Assembly (NCBI GenBank): GCA_044360305.1
Contig: JBIKKQ010000002.1
Span: forward strand, 1-63,296
Direction: 5' to 3'
Source of the DNA: Pirellulales bacterium
GTDB taxonomy: Bacteria > Planctomycetota > Planctomycetia > Pirellulales > UBA1268
DNA: 63,296 bases
This document shows, in pieces, positions 53,867 to 62,294 of this stretch (position 1 is its first letter; every line of letters begins with the position of its first letter). The notes under the pieces were generated by a model. The model saw nothing but the letters and a program-made list of their open reading frames with translations. It did no database searches and was not told the origin of the DNA. A program made the position numbers and the translations under genes.

Positions 53867-55600
53867 TCAGCGTGCGCGGCTGACCTGCTTGGCCGCGGGC
53901 CGTTGCGGGCCGCGTCGGGCGACTTCGAGGGCCGTGTCGAGGACCGGATCGGCGGCGCCTGCGGCGGCCGTTCCGGCAACCTGGACCGGACGGGCCGCGA
54001 CGTGGACCGGAAGATCCGGCTCCACGCCGACGCGGCTGAAGGGGAGGCCCTTGGGCGAATAGAACTTCGCCGTCGTCAGGCGGATGCCGACGCCGGCCAC
54101 CTCGAGGGGGAAGATGCCCTGGATCGAGCCCTTGCCGTAGCTCCGTGAGCCGACGATCGTTCCCCGGGCATGGTCGCGGATGGCGCCGGCGAGGATCTCG
54201 CTGGAGCTGGCCGAGTCGCCATCGATGAGCAGCACCAGCGGCATCCGCCAGGTGCCCTCGCGGGCGGCGGTGTAGTTGAAGTCCTCCTCCGGGCTGCGGC
54301 CCCGGGTGGCGACGACGAGGCCGCGGTCGAGGAACAGGTCGGCGACGTCGACGGCGGCGGACAGCAGGCCGCCGGGGTTGCCGCGCAGGTCGAGCACGAG
54401 CGACCGCATGCCGGCCGCGTCGAGCCGGCGCAGCGCGGCCTCCACGTCGGCCGCCGTCGTCTTCTGGAACGAGGACAGCTTGAGGTAGGCGATGCCGGCC
54501 GACGGATCGACGAGCTTCGCGTCCTCGACGCTCGGCACCTCGACGTGCTCGCGTCGGACCGTGATCGCCCGCGCCGGAGCGGGCGCCCGCAGCACCGCCA
54601 GCGTCACCAGCGAGCCCTCCGGCCCCTGGAGCAGGTGGGCCGCCTGGTCGACGCTCAGGCCGCCGATCTGCCGGCCCCCCACCGCCACCAAGTGATCGCC
54701 GGCGCGGATGCCCGCCCGTGCCGCCGGGCTGCCGGGGATGACGTGCACGATCAGCAGACCGTCGGCCGCCGTCTTCAGTTCCACGCCCAGCCCGACGAAG
54801 GTGCCCTCGATCTGCGAGTACAGGTCGTCGAGTTGGCCGGTGGTGAGGAACGCCGAGTATTCGTCGAGCCCGCCGACCGCAGCCGCGGTCAGTTCCATCA
54901 GCGTCACCCCCGGGGGGACCCCGAGCAGCGAGTGCGCGGTGCGGGCCAGCCAGGCGGCGACCGTCTCGGCATCCCCCTGGGTGGCGACCTGACGCGAGGC
55001 GAACAGCCGGGCGACGTGCTCGCGATACAACTGCCGGCGGTCGGGCGTGGCTTGCGTGACGTAGGCCGCCGCGAACGCCTCGTCGTCGAACGCCACCTCC
55101 AGTGCCTGCCGGCCGCGGGCCACGAGGCGGGCGAAGTTCGGCGCATCGACGTGGTGCGAGGCGATCCGGGCGAGGGCCTCGGTGTACAGTCGCCGGGCAT
55201 CGGTCTCGGTCAACCGGTCGATGTGCCGCCGGAAGGCGGGCTCGGCGTGCCGCCGGGCAATGTCGCAGTGGAGTTTCGCCAGGTCGTACCGCTGGAAGAG
55301 CGCCGGGGCGAGCGTCCCCTTGCGGGCCGCCGGCTCGCAGATGCTGATCAGGTCCGACCAGCGCCCCTCGTGGGCCAGCGTTGCCGTCCGGGTGGCGAGG
55401 TCGTCGACCGTGGCCGGCGAGATGCCGCCGCCGGCCGCCTGCTCGACCGTCGCGGGCCGCCATTCGAGCACCGGCTCGGCGGAAGCCGCCACGGCCGCGA
55501 AGCCGAGGATCGCCAGGATGCCCCAGCAGCGGGCTGCCAGGCGGAGACCGGGCGACGTCGGGGCGAAAACGCCTGACACGAGGTGCAATCCGTTCGGCAC
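53867..55600 (-). CDS. S41-family C-terminal processing peptidase with PDZ domain
   Basis: PDZ (VIPGSPAARAGIRAGDHLVAVGG). LDLRGNPGGLL and DGDSASSSEILAGA...SYGKGSIQ give the Ser/Lys dyad context. N-terminal signal. Confidence 0.9.
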   Translation of the reverse strand: MPNGLHLVSGVFAPTSPGLRLAARCWGILAILGFAAVAASAEPVLEWRPATVEQAAGGGISPATVDDLATRTATLAHEGRWSDLISICEPAARKGTLAPALFQRYDLAKLHCDIARRHAEPAFRRHIDRLTETDARRLYTEALARIASHHVDAPNFARLVARGRQALEVAFDDEAFAAAYVTQATPDRRQLYREHVARLFASRQVATQGDAETVAAWLARTAHSLLGVPPGVTLMELTAAAVGGLDEYSAFLTTGQLDDLYSQIEGTFVGLGVELKTAADGLLIVHVIPGSPAARAGIRAGDHLVAVGGRQIGGLSVDQAAHLLQGPEGSLVTLAVLRAPAPARAITVRREHVEVPSVEDAKLVDPSAGIAYLKLSSFQKTTAADVEAALRRLDAAGMRSLVLDLRGNPGGLLSAAVDVADLFLDRGLVVATRGRSPEEDFNYTAAREGTWRMPLVLLIDGDSASSSEILAGAIRDHARGTIVGSRSYGKGSIQGIFPLEVAGVGIRLTTAKFYSPKGLPFSRVGVEPDLPVHVAARPVQVAGTAAAGAADPVLDTALEVARRGPQRPAAKQVSRAR

Positions 55601-55680
55601 GGGGGACCGCGTCCTGTCGCGGCAACCAGCGGTCGCTCCGTTGACCGCGTGCGATTATGCCCCGCGATCGGGGGCGGGGC

Positions 55681-55709
55681 AAAAATCGGCCCGCTGGTTC
55701 CCGATTTTT
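55681..55709. promoter_or_regulatory. 9-bp inverted repeat AAAAATCGG-N11-CCGATTTTT in a divergent intergenic region
   Basis: Perfect arms at 55681-55689 and 55701-55709, between the S41 peptidase start (55600, minus) and the ECF sigma start (55850, plus). Operator-like symmetry. Confidence 0.35.
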
Positions 55710-55849
55710 TGCGGCGGCCGACCGGACAGTCGCTACCACCGCCACGTTCGTCCGGCCCCGGGCCGGCCCGCCTGGGCCGGATCCCCGCCGGCGTCGTGCG
55801 CGGCGTTCGGGTTTTGGGCGGCGCCGTCGGGACGCGTTAGGATGAGGTC

Positions 55850-56518
55850 ATGCCCGTCCCAGCCCGCACCACAGGCCCGTCGGAACATTTCCCGGACGGC
55901 CCCCCGGCGGCGGACGGCCAGACGCTCGTGCTCCTCGACCGGGTGCGGCGCGGCGATCGCACCGCCATCGACGGTCTGCTCGAACGGCACCGGGCGGCGA
56001 TCCGGCTGATGATCGATCGGCGCATGGACCGGGTGGTGCAGCGCCGGGTCGATGCCAGCGACATCGTGCAGGACGTCCTGCTGGAGGCCAATCGTCGGCT
56101 GACCGACTACCTCGCCAATCCGAGCATGCCGTTTCGGCTCTGGCTGCGGCACATGGCCCGCGACCGGCTCATCGACGCCCATCGCCGGCACCGCGTCGCC
56201 GCCAGCCGCAGCCTCGACCGCGAGGTGCCGCTGGTGACGGCCGACGACGGCGACCGGTCGGCGGCCGACCTGGCCGGCAACCTCGCCGACCGGGAGCTCA
56301 CGCCCGCCGCCGCGGCCACCTGGCACGAGCTCGAACGCCGGTTCGCCGTCGCGGTCGAGCAGCTCGACGAGGCCGATCGGCAGATCGTCCTGCTCCGGCA
56401 TTTCGAGCATCTTTCAACAGCCGAAGCGGCCGAAGCCCTCGGGCTCTCCAAGCCCGCCGCGGGCATGCGCTACCTGCGGGCAATGCGCCGTCTGCGGGTG
56501 CTGCTCGACGAGGGCTGA
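55850..56518 (+). CDS. ECF-type RNA polymerase sigma factor (kinase-associated type)
   Basis: Region 2 (DASDIVQDVLLEA, FRLWLRHMARDRLIDAHR) and region 4 (LLRHFEHLSTAEAAEALGLSKPAAGMRYLRAMRRL). Followed directly by a Ser/Thr kinase gene instead of an anti-sigma factor. Confidence 0.9.
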   Translation: MPVPARTTGPSEHFPDGPPAADGQTLVLLDRVRRGDRTAIDGLLERHRAAIRLMIDRRMDRVVQRRVDASDIVQDVLLEANRRLTDYLANPSMPFRLWLRHMARDRLIDAHRRHRVAASRSLDREVPLVTADDGDRSAADLAGNLADRELTPAAAATWHELERRFAVAVEQLDEADRQIVLLRHFEHLSTAEAAEALGLSKPAAGMRYLRAMRRLRVLLDEG

Positions 56519-56546
56519 CCGGCCTCCCCCGGACGGCCGCGGGCCT

Positions 56547-58310
56547 ATGATGAGGGGACGCGGAGCTTTGACCCGATCCCCGGCCGCGGATGGCGGAACC
56601 ATGACCACCTCGACCCGTTCGCGGGCCATCGACGTGCCGCTCGACGCCGCCGGCGAGGAACGGCTGGCGACGCTCGTCGAGTCGCTCTCGGAGGAGCACG
56701 GCCCCGGCGCACAGGCCAGGCTCGACGCCCTCGCCGCCGCCCATCCCGATCTCGCCGGCCAGCTGCGCGAGCTGTTCGCGGCGATGTCGGTCGTGGACGC
56801 CGTCGCGGAGCGATCGACGATCATGGTTCGGGACGGCGCCGGTACCGCGGACCGGCCCGCGGGTCGACCGGCCGCCGGCGCGGCGGGCACGTTCGTGCCC
56901 GGCAGCAGCCCGTTGCCGGCGACGTTCGCCGACTACGAACTGCTCGAGGAACTCGGTCGCGGCGGCATGGGGGTCGTGTATCGCGCCGCGCAGCGCAGCC
57001 TCGGCCGCACGGTCGCCCTGAAGATGCTCCTCCGGCGCGACCTCGCCAGCCCGGCCGACCTGGCCCGGTTTCGCAGCGAGGCCGAGGCCGCGGCCAGACT
57101 CGACCATCCCGGCATCGTCTCGATCTTCGAGGTCGGTGAGTACGACGGCCATCCGTTCTACAGCATGCGGTTCATCGAGGGGACGACGCTCGCCCGGCGG
57201 CTGGCGGCGGGGCCGCTGCCGCCGCGGGAAGCGGCGGCGATCCTCGCCAAGGTGGCCGACGCGGTCCAGGCGGCCCACGATCGCGGCATCCTCCACCGTG
57301 ACCTCAAGCCCTCCAACATCCTCATCGACGCGGCCGGCGAACCGCACGTCTCCGACTTCGGCCTCGCCAAGCAGCTCGAGGCCGACGGCTCGGTGACGCA
57401 CACCGGCGCGATCCTCGGCACGCCCTGCTACATGTCGCCGGAGCAGGCGGCGGGCAGCCGTGGCGACGTCGGCCCCGCGAGCGACGTCTGGAGCCTGGGG
57501 GCGATCCTCTACCAGACGCTCGCCGGCCGGCCGCCGTTCCAGGCCGGCAGCCCGATGGACACGCTGCTGGCCGTGCTCGAGGCCGACCCGCCGCTGCCGC
57601 GGACGGTGGTTGCCAACGCCGATCCCGACCTGCAGATGGTGGCGCTCAAGGCGCTGCAAAAGCCGCAGGACCTGCGATACGCCTCGGCGGCGGCGCTGGC
57701 GACCGACCTGCGGTCATACCTCGCCGGCGAGCCGGTGGCGGCCCGCCGCGGCGGGTTCGCCGACGTCTTCAGTCGGCTGTTCCGCGAGACCCACCACGCG
57801 GTCGTGCTCGAGAACTGGGGACTGCTCTGGATGTGGCATTCCGTGGTGATCCTCGCGCTTTGCGTGTCCACGGACGTGCTCGCCTGGCAGGGGGTGACGG
57901 GCCCGTGGCCGTATCTCGCCCTGTGGGGCGGCGGACTGGCGCTGTGGGCGCCGATCTTCTGGGCGCTGCGGCACCGCAACGGGCCGGTGACGGCCGTCGA
58001 GCGGCAGATCGCCCACGTCTGGGGAGGGAGCGTGGTGGCCAGCGTGCTGCTCTTCTGGGTGGAGGCACTGCTCGGCCTCCCCGTGCTCAAACTCTCCCCC
58101 GTGCTCGCCCTGCTCGCGGGGCTGGTGTTCTTCGCCAAGGCGGGCATCCTCTCCGGTGCGTTCTACGTGCAGGCGATCGTGCTCTTCGCCACGGCGCTCG
58201 TGATGTGCGTCGTGCCCGACTACCAGCACGTCGTCTTCGGCCTGGTGAGCGCGGCCTGCTTCTTCGTGCCAGGCTTGAAATACTTCCGCCAGCGCGGCCG
58301 GGGTGAGTGA
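56547..58310 (+). CDS. Ser/Thr protein kinase with C-terminal polytopic membrane domain
   Basis: GRGGMGVVYRA, VALK, HRDLKPSNIL, DFGLAK, GTPCYMSPEQ, then 5-6 TM helices. Alternative start at ATG 56601. Confidence 0.9.
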   Translation: MMRGRGALTRSPAADGGTMTTSTRSRAIDVPLDAAGEERLATLVESLSEEHGPGAQARLDALAAAHPDLAGQLRELFAAMSVVDAVAERSTIMVRDGAGTADRPAGRPAAGAAGTFVPGSSPLPATFADYELLEELGRGGMGVVYRAAQRSLGRTVALKMLLRRDLASPADLARFRSEAEAAARLDHPGIVSIFEVGEYDGHPFYSMRFIEGTTLARRLAAGPLPPREAAAILAKVADAVQAAHDRGILHRDLKPSNILIDAAGEPHVSDFGLAKQLEADGSVTHTGAILGTPCYMSPEQAAGSRGDVGPASDVWSLGAILYQTLAGRPPFQAGSPMDTLLAVLEADPPLPRTVVANADPDLQMVALKALQKPQDLRYASAAALATDLRSYLAGEPVAARRGGFADVFSRLFRETHHAVVLENWGLLWMWHSVVILALCVSTDVLAWQGVTGPWPYLALWGGGLALWAPIFWALRHRNGPVTAVERQIAHVWGGSVVASVLLFWVEALLGLPVLKLSPVLALLAGLVFFAKAGILSGAFYVQAIVLFATALVMCVVPDYQHVVFGLVSAACFFVPGLKYFRQRGRGE

Positions 58311-59584
58311 TGCGTGCGACCTCGCTGCTGGCCGCCGTTCTGGCTCTCGGCTGCCTCGGCGTTGCAGGCGCGGGGCCCGCGGCCCATGCCGGCGACTGGC
58401 CGCAGATCCTCGGGCCAAAGCGTGACGGCCACGCGGCCGCCGACGAGAAACTCGCCGCGGCCTGGCCGGCCGCCGGGCCGCGGGTCGTCTGGCGGCGGGA
58501 CGTCGGCGCCGGTTACGCCGGTGTCGCCGTGGTGCGAGACATGGTGTTCCTGTTTCATCGCGTCGGCGACGAGGCGGTGCTGGAGGGGCTCGCCGCCGCC
58601 ACCGGCGAGCGGCGCTGGCGGTACGCCGAGCCGACGAGTTTCCGGCCGCAGGTCGGCGGTGGCGACGGGCCGCTGTGCGTGCCGCTGGTGCACGGCGATC
58701 GCGTGATCACCTTCGGGCCGCAGGGGACGCTCGTCTGCGTCGCCGCCGCGACCGGCAACCGGCACTGGTCGCGGAGCACGCACCGCGAGTTCGCCGCCCA
58801 GGAGGGCTATTTTGGGGCCGGTTCGACGCCGGTGGTCGTCGGCGACACCCTGATCGTCAACCTCGGGGGCACGAAGCGCGAGGCGGGCGTCGTCGGCTTC
58901 GCGCTGGCCGACGGCGCGACCGCCTGGCAGAAGACGGCCGAGGGGGCGAGCTATTCGGCCCCGCTCGTCGTGCGGGCGGGGGACGCACCGCATGTCCTGA
59001 TGGTGACGCGGCTCTCCTGCCTGCTCGTCGATCCGCGGGACGGCACCGTCCGCTGGCAGTTTGCCTTCGGCCAGCGCGGTCCGACGGTCAACGGTGCCAC
59101 GCCGGTCCTCGTCGCCCCCGACCGGTTCGTGATCACGGCGTCGTACGGCATCGGCAGCGTCTGCGCGAGCTTCGATGCGACCGCCGCCACGCCGGTGTGG
59201 GGCGGCGCGGAGTCGCTCGCCTCGCAGTATTGCACGCCGATCCTCGCCGCCGGCCGCCTGTACGCGATCGACGGTCGCGACGACGTTCCCCCGGCGCACC
59301 TGCGATGCATCGACCCCGCCACCGGCCGCGTCATCTGGACCGAGGAGAACTTCGGCTACGGGACGCTGATCCATGCCGGCGGCTCGTTCCTGGCGGTGAA
59401 GACGGACGGCGAACTGGTGCTGTTTCGCGAAGGCGGCAAGGGGCCCGAGATTCTCGCCCGGGCCCGGCCGCTGGCCGGCACGCTGCGGGCGTTGCCGGCG
59501 CTGGCCGGCGGCCGTCTCTATCTCCGCGACGACCGGACGCTCGTCTGCCTTGACGTCGGGCCCGAGCCGGCCGCACGGCCGTAA
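58310..59584 (+). CDS. secreted PQQ-like (BamB-type) beta-propeller repeat protein
   Basis: ATG 58310 overlaps the kinase TGA by 1 nt (GTG 58307 is an alternative). Signal peptide. Repeated ...G.V.W(R/Q)... blades (TGERRWRY, TGNRHWSR, DGATAWQK, DGTVRWQF, TGRVIWTE). Confidence 0.8.
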   Translation: MRATSLLAAVLALGCLGVAGAGPAAHAGDWPQILGPKRDGHAAADEKLAAAWPAAGPRVVWRRDVGAGYAGVAVVRDMVFLFHRVGDEAVLEGLAAATGERRWRYAEPTSFRPQVGGGDGPLCVPLVHGDRVITFGPQGTLVCVAAATGNRHWSRSTHREFAAQEGYFGAGSTPVVVGDTLIVNLGGTKREAGVVGFALADGATAWQKTAEGASYSAPLVVRAGDAPHVLMVTRLSCLLVDPRDGTVRWQFAFGQRGPTVNGATPVLVAPDRFVITASYGIGSVCASFDATAATPVWGGAESLASQYCTPILAAGRLYAIDGRDDVPPAHLRCIDPATGRVIWTEENFGYGTLIHAGGSFLAVKTDGELVLFREGGKGPEILARARPLAGTLRALPALAGGRLYLRDDRTLVCLDVGPEPAARP

Positions 59585-59812
59585 CGACACGGCTCTTCGG
59601 CGGACTCTGTCGGCTGATTCTGGCTCCGGCAGCCGGGCGTTTGGGAAAGGCCGGTCAGGGCGGTATTCGGGGCGCTTTCGTCCTGGCACGTCCCCGTCCG
59701 CCCGACCTTGACCCTGTCCCCGACGGCGCGGTACCCCCCCGGCCTCGAACCGCGGCCCCGACATCCTTGTCGCCGCCGCGGACTGGTCGTGTCCATCCAC
59801 AGCCATCCCGTC

Positions 59813-61018
59813 ATGCGCCGTCGGCTTGCAGCCCTGCTCCTGCTTCTCGCGGCCGTGGCCGGCGAGATCGGCGGCCGCGCGCAGGCTCAGACCGTGCAAC
59901 TGCCGCCGCCGGCGGCCTCGTCGCTCGACCGGATCGCGCAGGCTCCGCTCGGGCCGCCGCCCAGCGGCTGGGCTCCCTACTCACCTCCCGGCACGCAGCC
60001 GTTTCCCGGGATGACCGCGGCCCCGCCCCAGTCCACGTGGGCGCCATCGGCCATCACCGGGCAGCCCGGGTATCCCGGCTCGACGCCCGTCAACCCGGGG
60101 TTCGCGGCCCCGCCGGGCCAACAGCCCGCGTCCCTCTTCCCGACCGGCTATCCCGCCCAGGGGAGCACGCTCCAGGACACCTACGCCCAGACGATGCACG
60201 TCTACCAGGGCGCCCGCGGAAGCTGGGCCTACCTGCTCGGCAACGGTGACGGCACGCGGGTCGGCGTCAACGAGCTCGACACCACGGCCACGTTCGCGAT
60301 CCCGTTCTTCCACAACTCGCCGGCGAACCTCAACCACGCGCCGCTCCTGATCACGCCCGGCTTCGGCCTTCAGCTCTGGGAGGGGCCGGAGACCACCGCC
60401 ACCATGCTCGCCGACCTGCCGCCGAGCACCTACGACGTGTTCCTCGACACCGCCTGGAACCCGCGGTTCACCCCGCTGTTCGGCGCCGAACTCGGCGTCC
60501 GGGTGGGCATCTACACCAACTGGGACGTCCTCGTCTGGCAGAGCTGGCGCATCATGGGCCGGGCGATCGGCACGCTCCAGCTCACGCCCACCATGCAGGG
60601 GAAGGCGGGCATCATCTACCTCGACCGCAATCTGGTGAAGCTGCTGCCGGCCGTCGGCCTCACCTGGACGCCGAACGAGAACCAGCGGTATGACATCTTC
60701 TTCCCGGCCCCGAAGGCCTCGATCCGCTACGCCAACACCGGCCGCCACTCGTGGTGGGGCTATGCGTCGGGCGAGTACGGCGGCGGGGCGTGGACGTTCC
60801 GGCGGAACACGCCGGCCTACAACGGCATCTCACCGTTCGACTACAACGACGTCCGGATCTGCGTGGGGACGGAGTTCGTCCCCAACGGCCCGCGCGGCCT
60901 GACCGGCAACTTCGAGGTCGGCTACGTGTTCGCGCGGCAGCTGTTCTACGTGGACGGGCCGCCGCAGTACCAGGACCTGCCCGACACGATGATGTTTCGG
61001 CTCGGGCTCGGCTACTGA
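59813..61018 (+). CDS. putative outer-membrane beta-barrel protein (paralog 1)
   Basis: Signal peptide RRLAALLLLLAAVAG..AQA. Pro/Gln-rich linker, alternating-hydrophobicity strands, C-terminal FRLGLGY (terminal aromatic). ATG 59813 within track ORF 59708..61018. Confidence 0.55.
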   Translation: MRRRLAALLLLLAAVAGEIGGRAQAQTVQLPPPAASSLDRIAQAPLGPPPSGWAPYSPPGTQPFPGMTAAPPQSTWAPSAITGQPGYPGSTPVNPGFAAPPGQQPASLFPTGYPAQGSTLQDTYAQTMHVYQGARGSWAYLLGNGDGTRVGVNELDTTATFAIPFFHNSPANLNHAPLLITPGFGLQLWEGPETTATMLADLPPSTYDVFLDTAWNPRFTPLFGAELGVRVGIYTNWDVLVWQSWRIMGRAIGTLQLTPTMQGKAGIIYLDRNLVKLLPAVGLTWTPNENQRYDIFFPAPKASIRYANTGRHSWWGYASGEYGGGAWTFRRNTPAYNGISPFDYNDVRICVGTEFVPNGPRGLTGNFEVGYVFARQLFYVDGPPQYQDLPDTMMFRLGLGY

Positions 61019-61036
61019 GCGGGGGCGCCGTCCGTC

Positions 61037-62140
61037 ATGGGCATGCAGCCGCCATCTCCGATCGCAGCCGGCCGTCGGGGGCTGATGATGTTTGCGGCCG
61101 CCGCCGGCGTGCTGACCGTCCTGACCGGCGTGGCCGCCGCTGTCGGCGAGCCGCGGCCGGCGACGGTGCCGCCCGCCGTCCACCCCGAGATCCGACCGCT
61201 GCCGCCGGTCGAGGACCGCGTCCTGCCGCGGATCCGCCTTGCCGCCCTCGGCGACCCGCAGGATCTCTCCGAGCCGCTCTTGCCCGACGACCTGGCACCG
61301 CCGGGACAGCCGCGGCAGGAGTTCGAGCCCCCGGCCGGCCGCAAGCTCCCGCCCGGCGCGAAGCCGGGCATGCTCCAGCAGGCGATCTTCACGGCGACCG
61401 AACTGCCCAAGCTTGGGGCGGATGGCCTCGGCCTGACCGTGCTGGAGACGTCCGTGACGATCGGGATGCCGGCGCCCACGATCGAGTCGCCGCTGATCGT
61501 GACCGCCGGCTTCGGCGGCACGGCCACCGATCCCGCCGTGGGCAGCGACATCCCGGCCGGGCTCTACGACGGCTACATCCAGGCGCGGTGGCTGCGGAAG
61601 GTCGGCGATCGGTTCGGTGTCGATCTCGCCGTCTCACCCGGTTGGTACGCCGACTTTCGCAACGACTCGGCGCAGGCGCTGCGAATCACAGGCCACGGCT
61701 TCGGCGCCTGGGAGGCGCACGAAACGCTGCGGGTGGTCGCCGGCCTCATCTACCTCGACCGCTACGACGTGGACATCCTTCCCGCCGGCGGCCTGCTCTG
61801 GACGCCGGCCGACGACCGGCGGTTCGAGCTCATCTTTCCCCGGCCGCGGCTGGCGTGGCGGGTCGCCGAACGGCCGCAGGCGAGCCACTGGCTGTACCTG
61901 GCCGCCGAGTTCGGCGGCAACCAGTGGGCGATGGAGTCGAACACCGGCCGCGACCAGATCATCGTCATCCGCGACTACCGGCTGCTCGCCGGCTGGGAGC
62001 GCAAGCCCGCCGACCTCGGCATCTCCTGGCGGGTCGAGGCCGGCTGGGTGACCGGCCGGAAGGTCGAGTACTACCTGTCCGACACGCCCTGGCTCAGTCC
62101 CGCCGACACGTTCCTCGTCCGCGCCGGCGCCTGGTACTGA
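61037..62140 (+). CDS. putative outer-membrane beta-barrel protein (paralog 2)
   Basis: Signal peptide. GLIYLDRYDVDILPAGGLLWTPADDRRFELIFPRPRLAWRV aligns with GIIYLDRNLVKLLPAVGLTWTPNENQRYDIFFPAPKASIRY of the upstream gene. C-terminal VRAGAWY. Confidence 0.55.
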   Translation: MGMQPPSPIAAGRRGLMMFAAAAGVLTVLTGVAAAVGEPRPATVPPAVHPEIRPLPPVEDRVLPRIRLAALGDPQDLSEPLLPDDLAPPGQPRQEFEPPAGRKLPPGAKPGMLQQAIFTATELPKLGADGLGLTVLETSVTIGMPAPTIESPLIVTAGFGGTATDPAVGSDIPAGLYDGYIQARWLRKVGDRFGVDLAVSPGWYADFRNDSAQALRITGHGFGAWEAHETLRVVAGLIYLDRYDVDILPAGGLLWTPADDRRFELIFPRPRLAWRVAERPQASHWLYLAAEFGGNQWAMESNTGRDQIIVIRDYRLLAGWERKPADLGISWRVEAGWVTGRKVEYYLSDTPWLSPADTFLVRAGAWY

Positions 62141-62199
62141 CCGGCCGCCGTGGCAGCGGGCCGGTCGTCAGCCATGCGGCACGGGCCATGCCGAACCGG

Positions 62200-62228
62200 T
62201 TGTGAACGTCCCGGGCACGGTGTAAGAT
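62200..62228 (+). promoter_or_regulatory. sigma70-like promoter candidate upstream of the DUF1552 gene
   Basis: TTGTGA (62200-62205), a 17-nt spacer, then TAAGAT (62223-62228), in the locally AT-richer stretch GTGTAAGATTTTGTAATAGTG, 67 nt upstream of ATG 62295. Confidence 0.4.
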
Positions 62229-62294
62229 TTTGTAATAGTGCACCGCGTCCGCTGACGATGAATCTCTGATCGGTTCCCTCCCGGAGGTCTTGGC

